Shown: positions 12,859-25,420, counted from the whole stretch's first letter. The stretch: 63,995 bases of DNA, filler included, from Octopus bimaculoides (GCF_001194135.2; 6 parts of 6 records of this genome joined end to end with filler, not necessarily neighbours in it), one strand, 5' to 3'. Numbers and translations are program-made. The notes: generated from the letters alone by a model not told the origin.

Positions 12859-13433
12859 TATATAAATTAATCAGAAACGGAAAATGGAATCCACAAGATT
12901 CCGTATTTAAAACCACTACAATTGTTTCAACTCATTCTAAAAATAATCATCATGCTTTTGTCTCTAGGTATGACGTTATTTTTCTTTACATGTTATAGCA
13001 CAAAAGTAACAACCAATTACAACAAAAAAGATGATTTTACTTTTATTAGGATATGCCCTTCCTTAACACACGTCTCATTTTAAGTTTGCAACACTGAAGA
13101 TAGCTATATATGTGACTGAAAGCTCAGATACGCTTATATAGAAAACAGTCTTCCTATTTCTATGGTAGTCATACTTGCTACTAAACATTAAATTAGTCAA
13201 CAGATGTACCATTTATTCATCCATACTTGTGTGTGTGTGTGTGGTGGGGTATTACTTCAGGCCACCACAATGATTGTTTTAACTTCAGGTTTTTATCAAG
13301 TGCCTGAGTTTGAAATGACAGTTGTGCCAGTTTTAAATATATGAAATATATAACTCTACTTGTCTGTCATGTATTGAGTACTTAATATGAAAGTAGCCCT
13401 CTTCAATATTGAACTATTTTCAACAGAAATTAT

Positions 13434-13840
13434 AGGAGTGGCTGTGTGGTAAGTAGCTTGCTTACAAACCACATGGTTCCGGGTTCAGTCCCACTGTGTG
13501 GTACCATGGGCAGGTGTCTTCTACTATAGCCTTGGGCCGACCAAAGCCTTGTGAGTGGATTTGGTAGACGGAAACTGAAAGAAGCTCACCGTATATATGT
13601 ATATATATATATGTATGTGCATGTGTGTGTTTGTGTGTCTGTGTTTGTCCCCCCCAACATCGCTTGACAACCGATGCTGATGTGTTTAGGTCCCCGTAAC
13701 TTAGCAGTTCGGCAAAAGACACCGATAGAATAAGTACTAGGCTTACAAAGAATAAGTCCTGGGGTCAATTTGCTCGACTAAAGGTGGTGCTCCAGCATGG
13801 CCACAGTCAAATGACTGAAACAAGTAAAAGAGTAAAAGAG
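13434..13840 (+). mobile_element. Full-length SINE family A
   Basis: Head ggagtggctgtgtggtaagtagcttgc (A/B-box-like), internal (TA/TG)n, tail gactgaaacaagtaaaagagtaaaagag. Confidence 0.9.
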
Positions 13841-14435
13841 TTTATATGAATATAGAAAATAGATAGATAATAGATATGTAGATAGATAGAGAGAGAGGCA
13901 AATAGGCAGACAAACAGATGGATGGACATAACTCACTCTCATACACACACAAGCATATATATATATAAGATGTTTGTCATTTATAAACTCTCAGTATAAT
14001 TACTCTGGTGGTCTTGCAAATAACTACTTACTCAACTTATAATCATTAATTAAACACTCTTCTAATTTCATTATTCTTCTCCACATTCATTAAGAACATA
14101 TGCACACATGAACCTGAACTCACACTTTTATCATTGTATTTTAGAAAGTTTCTTCGTATTGTTTGTGCATAGAAACTCTGTTATACAGAGGTTGCTAACC
14201 TCATCTATCAGATCTCCTCTCTGTTAAAGAAAGGTCATTATTCTAGTCTTGCAATTTGATGAAAATTCCCTGTGGCCAAGGAAGGTGCCCAGTTTGTGAA
14301 TAGTTTAATGCGAAATAAGCTGTTGCACTTGTGCACACATATTTCTGCACATGCACACAAACACTGTAAACACCTACGCATGCACACAAACACATTCATG
14401 CACACATGCATGCACACGCACACATACACACGCAC

Positions 14436-14487
<52 letters not shown>

Positions 14488-15131
14488 TTGCAATGGATTT
14501 GAAATTGTAACTTCTCAGCAATACCTTACCTACCAGGATGGATTTCTAAATATACCTCTGTATTATAGAAATGTCATTAGTCTAGACTCTCAGTTGTTCC
14601 ATTGCTTTAGAGAATACATATTATAAGTGAGTTTTTCAGACTTTTATTGAAAGCTAGACATACATTCCTACCTTCCTTCCACTTATGTTGGATAATGATT
14701 CACTCAAAATAGTTAACATTGACATAAGGATCAATTAATCAGTTCACATTACTGGAAAGATGCATATAACTTTTAATCTTAACATCTGCTCATGATAGCC
14801 TGATAAATCCTTGTTGACAACCTTGATGGCCTGATAAATCCTTGTTGACAACCTTTAAGGGTAGATATGGTGTATGAATGTGTCCTTAGAGATTGTTGAG
14901 TTATCTAGAATATTTAGGTTACCTAGGAAATGTCTATTGAAATACCTGCTCATGGCATATGTAATATATGGGTGGAAGAGAGACTGGTTAGTAAGTAAGT
15001 GATAGGCCTTATATGTATGTATTTCATTGACTTAGTGGAGGAATGATATTTCTCATGGCCCATTTTATAGTCTTTGTGTCTAGGGAAGGAAGTTATCTCC
15101 AAACTGGAAACCTGGCCCAAATGCTTGCAAT

Positions 15132-15167
<36 letters not shown>

Positions 15168-15195
15168 ATTGACCAGTGACCGGTCTGTCAAAATG

Positions 15196-15281
15196 CTAGA
15201 AGAAGCTCACTTAAAAAAATTCTCAAATACGGATTCAGCGGAATCCGTATTTGAGAATTTTTTTAAGTGAGCTTCTTCTAG
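15196..15281. repeat. Perfect 41-bp-arm palindrome abutting an N gap
   Basis: ctagaagaagctcacttaaaaaaattctcaaatacggattc - agcg - exact reverse complement. Confidence 0.95.
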
Positions 15282-15628
15282 NNNNNNNNNNNNNNNNNNN
15301 NNNNNNNNNNNNNNNNNNNNNNNNNNNNNNNNNNNNNNNNNNNNNNNNNNNNNNNNNNNNNNNNNNTATATATATATATATATATATATATGAATATGTA
15401 GTGATTTTTGTTGTTGGTTGGCCTTAAGTTGGGGTCGATTGCACAGACCTATGACAATAAGCAATCCAGTCATCCTCACTGTCTATATATTGAGAACAAC
15501 ATTGCTGAATGTGTCTTTCATTTTTAAGATGTTAGGATGTGGTGTGAGGCGAAATTTAACTGCTATTTCTAATGGGTTGAGGCTCCCTTGTTTGCTTAGA
15601 ATGGTTGTTCTTGGTGTTAGAGTTTGTA

Positions 15629-15856
15629 TTAACCCTTTAGCATTCACGTTATTATGTCAAAAATAATGCTTATTCATGCATATTGTTTTGAATTAACCAT
15701 GCTTTATCTTGTAGTTCTGAGATTTGGATGATGTGATTGTTTATTTTTAGAACAACATTGTTGGGTAGGTTTCAGAAGTCAGCTCTGGCTAGTTTGAACA
15801 TAAACCAGGTAGAATATTTGGGCCAGATATGGTTGGTTTAAATGCTGGAAGGTTAA
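15629..15856. mobile_element. piggyBac-type MITE with TTAA target duplication
   Basis: TTAA-ccctttagcatt ... aatgctggaagg-TTAA; imperfect TIRs, non-coding interior. Confidence 0.65.
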
Positions 15857-17285
15857 ATGTGTACTTGAGATTATTGATTAGCATACATTGATATTATGTG
15901 AATGAGGATTAATAATGGTATTGGTCAGTGATTGTGGGGGAGATAATTTAGAATCAATAGAATATTTATAATATAGAGTATTGATGATATTCATCACTCT
16001 ATGTGGGGTAGAAAATATTGGGTGCAGATAACAGAAATATTGATCAGTGCATGGGGACAGAATAAATTGCAATTTATAAATCTATGTAGACATGGACAGT
16101 TTTATGGATATACCATGAAAGAATATGACTGCTGTTGGGGTGTTGTTGGGGACCAGCATGGAGAATGGGGGTGTTATATAAGATATAATCTAGTGAGTTT
16201 GTTTTGGCTAAAACAAGAAGAGAGGTTAGACCTCAGATTGTTACATTATATGAATTAAAGTAAGTTAGGATGCTGTTGGTTATGTATTAAAACTGTTCTG
16301 AAGAATTGTCTAACAATCTTGTAGCATCTGAAAACAGAAGTACTGAATTGGACCAGCTGATTCTGTTTGAGATAACTGCCATCTTTTCACAACTTTCTTG
16401 TAATCTTTTACAAGTAAATCACACAAGAGAGTGAAGAGGCTACATAACCTGTTTAAATCTGGAGTCAAATCTCTTTTAATCATCTCCAGTTCTATTCATC
16501 CTTATAGAGAACATATAAGTGTGTGTAACAACCAAATATCCCTTACAGTCTTATTACATGCTCTACAATGATGAGGGGATGACCATGGTTGAAGACCTAG
16601 CATACAATGAAGTTCAATACAAGCAAAAAAAAAATTAGAAACATAATATGTTTACATTTTATTGGCTGCCTGTGTTTCAATAGTTCTGTTCAAACAAAGC
16701 TGACCAGGACAAAACAAGAACAGAAATAGTTATGATTAAGCCATTGATGAACATAATGATGATGGTAATGGTGATTACTCTATAAAATATTATGAGTTAT
16801 TCACACATGATTAACCTATGAACAACAGTAGTAATACTCTAAGTGAAATCTTTATTTGTAGTTTTGACTGACGTATTTCTACTTTTAATGGATGAATGAC
16901 TTAGAAAAAAGTAAGAATTAATTAGAGGTTAGAAACTTGATGTATGTTAAACATAGATTTTAGTGAGATAAGGCTAAATTTATGTATTTTTAACATAACC
17001 ACCATGATTTTGTTGCCATGTACTTTTGAAACTGAGATTTCTCTCATTCCAATCCATTTGAATTACTAAGTCCACCTTAGCCATCATTACAGTAGCCTCT
17101 GCTCCAGTTACTTTCAGTCATATATGAACAAACTGAGTTACAAAGTGTATGCATTGTACTCTAGCTGCCACATTGCAACCATCCATTTCATTAACCAGTG
17201 TGCTGAAGAGGAACCATACTGAAGAGGAATGCAAGGCTCGCACACTAATTCTAAGATTTTCTTCATTAGCTTGATATTTCAGGCA

Positions 17286-17480
17286 TTCCCTGCATTACAG
17301 AAGCATTGTGCTCCTGAAAATCTTTCTATAAATTCCATTATGAAAAACTTATTTTACCATCAACTTCCTGTTGTATGGAAGCAATTGAACATGGAATGAA
17401 TGAAAAGATACATTTTGTGTCATAGAATTCCATGTTATGGCAAGATTTTCTGGAGTGCAATGCTTCTGTAATGAGAGGAA
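17286..17480. repeat. ~195-bp foldback (MITE-like) inverted repeat
   Basis: cattacagaagcattgtgctcctgaaaatctttctataa pairs with ttatggcaagattttctggagtgcaatgcttctgtaatg. Confidence 0.75.
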
Positions 17481-18181
17481 ATGTCTGTATTTAGATAATT
17501 TTGTTTCACTATACTCAGCAACACAAAATAACGAAATAGAATAATGGCTGGGTGGTTATAAAATTTATTTTGCCATGATGTGGTTCAAGGTTTGATTTCA
17601 CTTCATGACATAGCTTCAGACGACTGAAGCAGTTTTTGCTCAGCAGAAACCATGCAAAACCTGTCATATTTATATGATGTGCGTGCATATCCTTTGCCAT
17701 TGTACATTGATGAGAGATGTACCCATCAATGAGAATACTGGGCAGTGGGGACAGAGCTTTCAAATAAAAATGGCCCCTTTATTTGTTTGGCACCAAGTTA
17801 CACAAACAATTCCTTGCTCATGGTCAGAAATGCAGTGAATCAGTGACTGCCTCATTAGAGACCTGTAAGTGACAAAGCTCTTCTTCACAGTATGATAGAA
17901 TGAAGGTCAGATGATTGGCAGTGGTGGCAGTAAGTAAGACGGATGGTTGGATGCATAGACAGATGGGTGAATTGATGGATGGCTGTGTGATTAAGAGATT
18001 TGCTCCTCAACGATGTGGTTTTGGATTCGATTCCACCACATTGTACTTTGGGCAAATGTCTTCTGCTATGGCCTCAGATGAAAACTGAGAGAAGCCAGTC
18101 ATATATATATATAATATTTCAGTATTTCAAATGATCTGCACATCTTTTCTATGTTAATTGATTTTCAATTGTTTCTTACAG

Positions 18182-18204
18182 TTCCCCCAAAAATGCTACC
18201 AAAA
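18182..18204 (+). CDS. Candidate first coding micro-exon (ATG 18193, MLPK) of unidentified plus-strand gene
   Basis: Acceptor attttcaattgtttcttacag, caaaaATG context, donor AAA|gtatga (phase 0, matching 20115). Confidence 0.3.
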
Positions 18205-19206
18205 GTATGAAACTGCATAATATATTCATGGTTAAATATTATAATATATTTGCAGAAGTTACCATTAAGGGACACTATGTGAGGAGTTGTGAAATTTTGG
18301 CTTGATCGTGTGCATGTGTGTGTGTGTGTGTGTGTGCATGTGTGTGTAAATGAAATTACTCACACACATAAGGAAAATTACATTAAGAGCATTTGTCTCT
18401 TTGTAGAATCCTTTCTACCTTCATTTAGTCTTATTTGACACAAGAGTTCATTGATTTAACATTTCAATTGATTTTATATTATGTTGACTACAGTTTTAGT
18501 CATTTTGGAGATATTTTTTTTTTATAGAAAATTTATAGAAAAGTAAGAAGCTACTTTTGGCTGTTGCCAGCCTTAAGTTCTTACATATTTTGTTTATTCT
18601 CCACAAATGTGTGTTGGTATTATATTGCATTGGCCATTACAAAGGAATGAGGATTGATACAACAACAATTAAGGAAATATTAGAGCATTGTCAAAAAGGA
18701 TTTGTCAGCCTTGAACATTTTTAAGCATGTTTTTCAAAATATACCTTTTTTTTTGTTCACATAGAAAAGATAATTTTTGATGCCTCTCAAACCATGAATA
18801 ATAATAATTTCTAACATAGACACTAGGCTACATATTTTGGAAAAGAGTATAATCGATATCATTGATCCTTGATACTTTACTGGTACCTATTTTATCTTTG
18901 AAGGATGAAAGATAACATTGACTTCAGCTATATATGAGGCCAGAAAGTAAAAGAAAAAATAATAATCATAACTGAACATCACAAAGCTTCATTTTGTCAG
19001 CACGGGGCTATTTTGGTGTAATGTCTATGTAATTTCGTTAGATAAGTCACATGAAAAACTAAACAAATTTAGTTTCATGTTGTAGTTACTTTCTAGTCTC
19101 CACTGTGTATTTTTGAGAGCTAAAAGATCAGATAAACACTTTTGTTTTATTCTGTTGGAGATATATTTGTATCATTTGTATAATGTGTGAAGTCTATATG
19201 TAAAGT

Positions 19207-19465
19207 TGTTCATCATCATCACCGTCATCATTTAGCATCTGTTTTCCATGCTGGCATGGGTTGGATGGTTTGACAGGAACTGGTCAGTTGGAGAACTACC
19301 CAGGTTTCACGTCTATGTTGGCATGGTTTTTATGGCTGGTTGCCCTTCATAACATCAACCACTTTACATGGTGTGCTGGGTGTCTTTTATGCAGCACCAG
19401 CATGGGTGCGTTTATGTGGCACTGGCACAGTTGCTTTTTACATGGCATCAGCACCCATGAGCCTG
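19207..19465 (-). mobile_element. RTE-type 3' tail / SINE, decayed
   Basis: (cat)n followed by tttagcatctgttttccatgctggcatgggttgga, the reverse complement of the RTE-type tail. Confidence 0.75.
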
Positions 19466-20114
19466 CAAGATTACGAATGATCCACTGAAGAGGGATGCAG
19501 GGGACATACCTGTATGCCAGGTCATGATCTACAAAACAGAGATTTGTATAGTGATTTTGTTTGTTATAGATTTCATCAGAAAAGTTAATGACCAAGATAA
19601 TACTCAGTATAGTTGTTGTAAACCTTGTGAAAGGTTTTCAATATTCTTCACTAAATATCATGACAATGAATGGCTCACAGTATGGTTTACGTTGTTTTGA
19701 TGTCAGTTATATTGTCTTTTGTGGGCTGTCTGAATGATATTGAAAACGTTCTATGCTTTTGTGTATGTTAATTTTTTCTTCTTTATTCTCATAAATATCA
19801 AAATTGGTAGAAATAGCAAAAGTCTAAAATTGTCATTTATAATTGCCATTTTAATAAATAAAGTTGCAAAGATATAATGCAATACAACATTCTACTTTTA
19901 GAAACTTACTTGCTTCTTGTAGAAGTAAAATAATCATGAATTAAACATACATTTTTAATCCCATAAAGACAGAAATCATGACAGTATTCTCACTTCTTTA
20001 CTTATTCTTATTCTCTTCTTCTTTCTTTTTTCTTAATAATATTGTAATGATCTGTAACTGACACAGATGTGTTTATATCCCTCATGTAGAAGAGACAAGT
20101 AAATTCAATTCTAG

Positions 20115-20246
20115 ACATTTAATCTTTTACAAAGTGTATGTCGAAAATCAAGAAATTCCAGATGTGTCATAAGACCCGTGTTTGGGATTATATGCTCAAA
20201 ATTCAGTGCAGCTAATATCACATTTCACCCTACAAAATTTGATCAG
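20115..20246 (+). CDS. Candidate exon, unidentified gene (TFNLLQSVCRKSRNSRCVIRPVFGIICSKFSAANITFHPTKFDQ)
   Basis: Acceptor ttctag, donor CAG|gtaaat, 132 nt open in one frame (0-0), retains CpGs in a depleted region. Arg/Ser-rich and almost acid-free, like a mitochondrial presequence (inference). Confidence 0.45.
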
Positions 20247-20499
20247 GTAAATTGTTCTGTGATCAAATACATCAACCATTCTTTATTTGTTTTTTTTTTT
20301 TGTTTTTTTTAAACCAGAGCAGTAACTAGATCAGGATTATCTCTCATTCATGGTTGAATGTAGTGTCAGTTTTAGGCAGAAGCTAAACAAACTATGGCTT
20401 AGAGCCTTCAAAGAAGCAAGGGGTCTTGAAATAATAAAATGGTTCACATATGTTTTCAATTTTTGTGAGATAATCTGGTATAATTTTTTTAACAAGGAC

Positions 20500-20895
20500 C
20501 CCCAGCAAGACGTGTTTTTCCCAACTACAGGGTTTCAGATTCAGTGTGCCTTGGGCAGTGTCTTCAACTGTAGCCCTGGACCAACCAAAGCTTTGTAAGT
20601 GGACTTGGTAGATGAAAACTAAAAGAAGCCCATTGTATATAAATATGTGTGTGTGTGTCTGTGTGTGTGTGTGTGCATGTGTGCGTGTGTGTGTGCATGG
20701 TGTGTGTGTGCATCTGTGTTTGTGTTTGTCCCTCTACTGTTTGACAACTAATGTTGGTCTGTTTATATCCCCATAATTTAGCAGTTTGGCAAAAGAAATA
20801 GTACCAGACTTTAAAAAATAAGTACTGGGGCAATTTATTCACCTAAAAACCCTTCAAGGTAGGGCCCCAGCATGGCCACAGTGCATTGACCAAAA
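20500..20895 (+). mobile_element. SINE family A, heavily CpG-deaminated
   Basis: Aligns to 13434-13840 with essentially all CpGs converted to TpG/CpA. Confidence 0.85.
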
Positions 20896-21088
20896 ATGTT
20901 TTATATAGCTTATGACTCCATCAAGTCTAACTCCAGCACTGGTTTGAGTGGATAGTGTTTAGTTAAATGATGATAATATTGGAGTGGACAGCAAAATAAA
21001 ACACTTTATGCTGAAGAAATTGGTGATGGTCTGCTTTATTAAAAGTCAGATAAATAAAATAGTGAAAATAGAATATTTTTCTGTTTAG

Positions 21089-21260
21089 ATAAGAAGAGCA
21101 TTTTGGGCTGGTTGTTACTCCCTCTCTGAGGAAAAATTCTCTTCTCTAGCAAAGAGTCTTCTCCAGAATGTGTGAAACTTCCTGTCTTCTGAATATGTAA
21201 ACTTATTTCCATTTCGTGGACTTAATTGTCTGGATGGTTTGCCTGAATTTCCTTGTAAAA
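21089..21260 (+). CDS. Candidate exon with an internal in-frame TGA (21173-75); may instead end at 21169 or 21171
   Basis: Acceptor atatttttctgtttag, donor AAAA|gtgaga. Reads IRRAFWAGCYSLSEEKFSSLAKSLLQNV*NFLSSEYVNLFPFRGLNCLDGLPEFPCK. Confidence 0.35.
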
Positions 21261-22003
21261 GTGAGAACTTCTATTTACTGCTATTACTGTGACAGCTGCT
21301 GCTGCTACCACCACCAGAACTACTACTACTAGTAGTAGTCATTCCCTCTATTCCTATTCAACACTATTAAATGTATTGGAATGTGGAAGAAATCATAAGA
21401 AACAACCAAGCAAAACAAGAGCATAACACTTTAAAAAGTTCATGCAGTGAAATAGAGAGATAAATGAAATAGGTTATATATATATGGAGACAATACTTAT
21501 AAATGATGTGCTAGTGCTGGTGTAAACAGTCATTTGTATTTCTCCTCAATGGCTTATGGACGCTTGGTATATTCTTGATGTAATTACTCACTGCACTGAT
21601 TCTTAAAATAATTGTCATTGCTTCCATCAACCAGATTTTTGATATTTGTTTTACCAAGTTCTTGGACTTGGCTACTTTATACAATTTCTTTGTAGAGATA
21701 GTGTTATCTGAAGAAATAGTGCACTTTTGTTTTTAGTCCTGGATCAGTCCCAACTGAGTAGACTCATGATCAAAGATATTCTAGCTATGACCGTTCTAGC
21801 TATTGTTATTCATAGTGTGTCAATGAGTGTATTATCCAATGCATTCTTCACTTTTCAAGACAGCAAGGTATGATTTGAAGGAAAGTGGGTGTTTGTTTGC
21901 AAATTCCATTAGGTGGATAGCCACAAAGAGGCTGCATTATTCTGTTAGTACTCATGTCCTATCCATATATTCATACTATTATCTCTAACAAATACTTGTC
22001 TAG

Positions 22004-22040
22004 TGTGTGTGATAGGAGAAATCCTCAAACTGTTGACTAG
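22004..22040 (+). CDS. Candidate 37-nt exon (CVIGEILKLLT), phase 1-2
   Basis: Acceptor tacttgtctag, donor TAG|gtggat. Its phase bridges 21260 and 23602. Confidence 0.25.
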
Positions 22041-22396
22041 GTGGATCATGAAATGATATGTCTCTTCTGCATTATATTTGGTATGATTTCTAAGGTTGGA
22101 CACCTTTCCCAACCCCAACCACATTACAGAGTGTATAAAGTGTATTTTCTTTTAACACCAGCACTAGTGAGATTTCCTTGTACTCTACAAAGCAAAGGAA
22201 TCTTCACTACTGTATGTTATCTCCAGTTGTTTAGTACAATGTGACTAACAAAGTGAGGAAAAGGAATTTATCTGTAGAAAATGAACCAAAGTGAGAGGCG
22301 GCAAAAAAGCAAAAATATATCTGCGTTTATATACTGACTAAACCAAAGATATTCAATAACTAAGTGTATTTGTCTTTAATGTTTTCACATACTTTT

Positions 22397-22625
22397 AAGG
22401 TGGTAAGCTGGCAGAAGTATTAGCACGCCAGGTGAAATGTTAAACAGCATTTTGTTCATCTTCACGTTCTGAGTTCAAATTCCGCTGAGGTTGACTTTGC
22501 CTTTCATCCTTTCAGAGTCAATAAATTAAGTACCATTGAAACACTGGGGTCGATGCAATCGACTAATCCCCTCCCACAAAATTTCAGGCCTTGTGCCTTT
22601 AGTAGAAATGATTCTTATTATCATC
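22397..22625 (+). mobile_element. tRNA-derived SINE family B, CpG-decayed
   Basis: aaggtggtaagctggcagaa...gttcaaattccgctgaggttgactttgcctttcatcctttc...ccttgtgcctttagtagaaa. Confidence 0.9.
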
Positions 22626-23207
22626 ATCATCATGTATGAAGTCCTCGTCTGGGAATTGGAATTGCAGAATTACTATAGTTCCAGACGGAAAAAAAAAAAA
22701 AAGTATTCAATTAAGTTATTTTATGTTCCAAGTTAAAATCCTGCAAATGTCAATTTTGATTTTCATCTTTTGAGAGTCAGTAAAGTATCAAGTACAAAAT
22801 ACTGGTGTTGATTAAATCAACTCTACTCCTCCCCTTAAATCTGAACCTTGTGCCTATGTTAGAAATTATCATCATCATCCTGGTGTGCTAACAAAGTTTG
22901 CTTTGTAACAATGTGCTTTCAGGTTTCATCTCTCTCTGTGTTGCACCTTGAGCAAATGTGTCCTATCGATAACCACAAGTTGTCCAATTTGTCACACAAG
23001 AGAAATTCATAGGTAGAAACTGTAATGAAGCACATCGCGTGTGAGTGTGTGTGAATAAATGTTGCTTCACTTTGACTCATTTAGATGACAACTGTAGCAT
23101 GGTAATTTCAAGGACCAATGAGATAAAATAATATACTTGAAAAGCAAGTAAGAATTGGAAAAAGGTAGGGTATCCGGTCATAGAATGCTACCTCAGTAAA
23201 TATTCTT

Positions 23208-23418
23208 TTCTACTCTAGGAACAAGGCCTGAAATTTTGGAGGAAGGGGCCAGTCGATTAGATCAACCACAGTATGCAACTGGTACTTAATTTATCAATTC
23301 TGAAAAGTTGAAAGGCAAAGTCGTCCTTGGTGGATTTGAACTCAAAATGTAAAGACAGATGAAATACTACTATGCATTTCGCCCGGTGTGCTAACATTTC
23401 TGCTAGCTCGCTGCCTTG
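23208..23418 (-). mobile_element. SINE family B
   Basis: Reverse complement of the full family-B consensus. Confidence 0.85.
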
Positions 23419-23601
23419 AGAATGCTACCTCAGTAAATATTGTTCAACCTTTGCCAGCATGAAAAAGGCAGATATAAAAGCAATGATTGTTGTTGTTGTT
23501 GACACTGCTGTTGTTGTTCTTCTTCTTGTTTCTAATTACTGAATCATATTTTGTTATCCATTCTACTCTTCTCAATCCAACTATTTCTGTTTTCAATCCA
23601 G

Positions 23602-23664
23602 GTATGATCCCATTGAAAAGATTTTAGCAAACCTAGATAAACAGAAAATCAGAAGTAATTTACG
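23602..23664 (+). CDS. Candidate 63-nt exon (YDPIEKILANLDKQKIRSNL), phase 2-2, unidentified gene
   Basis: Strong acceptor ctatttctgttttcaatccag and consensus donor ACG|gtaagt; amphipathic-helix-like translation. Confidence 0.55.
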
Positions 23665-24455
23665 GTAAGTTCCTATTTATTTCACATTTTTCTTATTGTT
23701 TCCTTTTCACCCACTCACACCCTCTATCTTGTCTTTCTTTCTCTCTTTCACACATACATGCACACTACTTTTCCTATCTTCCTCTTCTCTCACTGTTCTT
23801 TATTTCCTTTTTCTTGTCACACTTTTTATTTCTTTTTGACTTCTCTTGCCTCATCTTTCTCTCCATGAATCCAATTATCAGTTGCTCTGTTTCTCACTTT
23901 ATCAACCTCTTGCCCCCTTTCTCTTTTTCTCTCCCACTTTCATAACAGCAATTATTTCTTAGAACAATACAACTAGAAAACAAAATAAGAAAATGATAAT
24001 GATGAGAGCAAGATAAAAAGGCTCATTTTGTTGACCCTGAGTAACTCTTTTCACAGACTATGATGTGGAATAAGGTTGGTCCATCATTCCAGTTTCTCTG
24101 GCATACAGCAAGCAGATATATGCTGCACATCTGACTTGTCAAATCCTCTGGTAAAAGTGCCAGTATGTGAGTTGTTGGCAAAAGCCAGTCTATTACTATA
24201 ATCTTGGCACTGTACAGTTGACCTGCTCTCTGTCACTAATGCTACTGCTATTAGTGACTAGGTATACTTGTTAATATAACCTTGTGTTGAACACTTCTTA
24301 GTTGTTTTCTGGCTGCTGTCACTGTTAACAATAAGCAAATCAAGTGATAGATTGAGTCTATTGAACTCAATTAATTTTAGCCATAAATCTAATATATGAG
24401 TGCAACTTCACATCCCTGGCATACCACAAATATTGCCTTCCTTTTAACATGACAG

Positions 24456-24525
24456 ATTTGCTGCATCACCTTCAAAAGTAATATGTCCAAGACATCCCCA
24501 ATTAAGAAGTGCATCTTTACATTAA
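24456..24525 (+). CDS. Candidate terminal exon (FAASPSKVICPRHPQLRSASLH*)
   Basis: Acceptor gccttccttttaacatgacag, phase 2 matches 23664, lies near the end of the CpG-depleted domain. Confidence 0.3.
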
Positions 24526-24780
24526 AATTTACATTTACTTAAATTAGCAATTCATAGAAAAAAAATTATTTATTATTTATTTGGATGGTTTGCCTGAATT
24601 TCCTTGTAAAAGTGAGAAATTCTTTTTTTTTTATTTTGATTTTGTAGCTTATTTAAATGTAAGGCATATGTTTAATGTAAAAAAAAATTAAATACCAGAT
24701 AGTCAACCAAGTTATAAAAGAGATCATATGCAGAAACTGTCATAGCAACTTAATCGTGGCGGTCACTAAGTATAGTGACA

Positions 24781-25420
24781 GAGTTGAATGGCTTGTCAGG
24801 GTTGAACAAGTAATGAACATAATGCAGTAAGTAAAGTTGAGGTTAACAGTAATTCCAATGATGAATTTAATATAATGATAGGAATCCATCAAGAGTCAAT
24901 TCTCAATTATCTCCTATTCATCATAGTTCTGCAGGCCATCTCAGAGGTGTTTAAAACTGGCTGTTCACGGGAACTCTTATAGGCTGATGATCTAGCACTC
25001 CTAAATTAATTTATTGGGAAACTGGAAAGAAAATACCAGACATGGATGCTAAATCTAGAATGAAGAAGACTGAAGGTAAAAGTAGCAGAGACAAAAGTTT
25101 TAATAAGCAGGAAAGAAGACAGATTCCTGATATTTTTAGGGAAATGACTTTGCTCAATATGCAGAAAAGGAGTAGGTATAAACTCCATAGACCCAATGTA
25201 ATCTATGAACACACAAGAAATATAGTGGAATCACAAACAGACTAGCAGAGAATGTATGCTTTGTATGTGATAGATGCACTGGAGCAGTATATACCATTAG
25301 CACACTGGATATAGGGTCTCTTAAATACCTAAATGGCTCACTAGAAGGACTTCATAGTTTTTGTTATCTAGGAGATGTAATTAGCAAGGTAGGTGGTTGC
25401 TCTGGTTGGATTTTTGCAGA
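24781..25420 (+). mobile_element. Old RTE LINE RT fragment
   Basis: GIHQESILNYLLFIIVLQAISEVFKTGCSRELL*ADDLAL (YADD motif), then a finger-region remnant, then the FCYLGDVISKVGGCS-like domain 7. Confidence 0.85.

Noticed and set aside
14509-14626. Plus-strand exon-like segment QYLTYQDGF...EYIL* followed by gtgagt
   Set aside because: The stop precedes the donor and the other frames are closed; the overlapping minus-strand candidate is equally plausible, so it is unsupported.
23602-23664. Assignment of this exon to NAALADase/GCPII
   Set aside because: The resemblance is only a generic amphipathic helix, and no following PHLAG exon was found.
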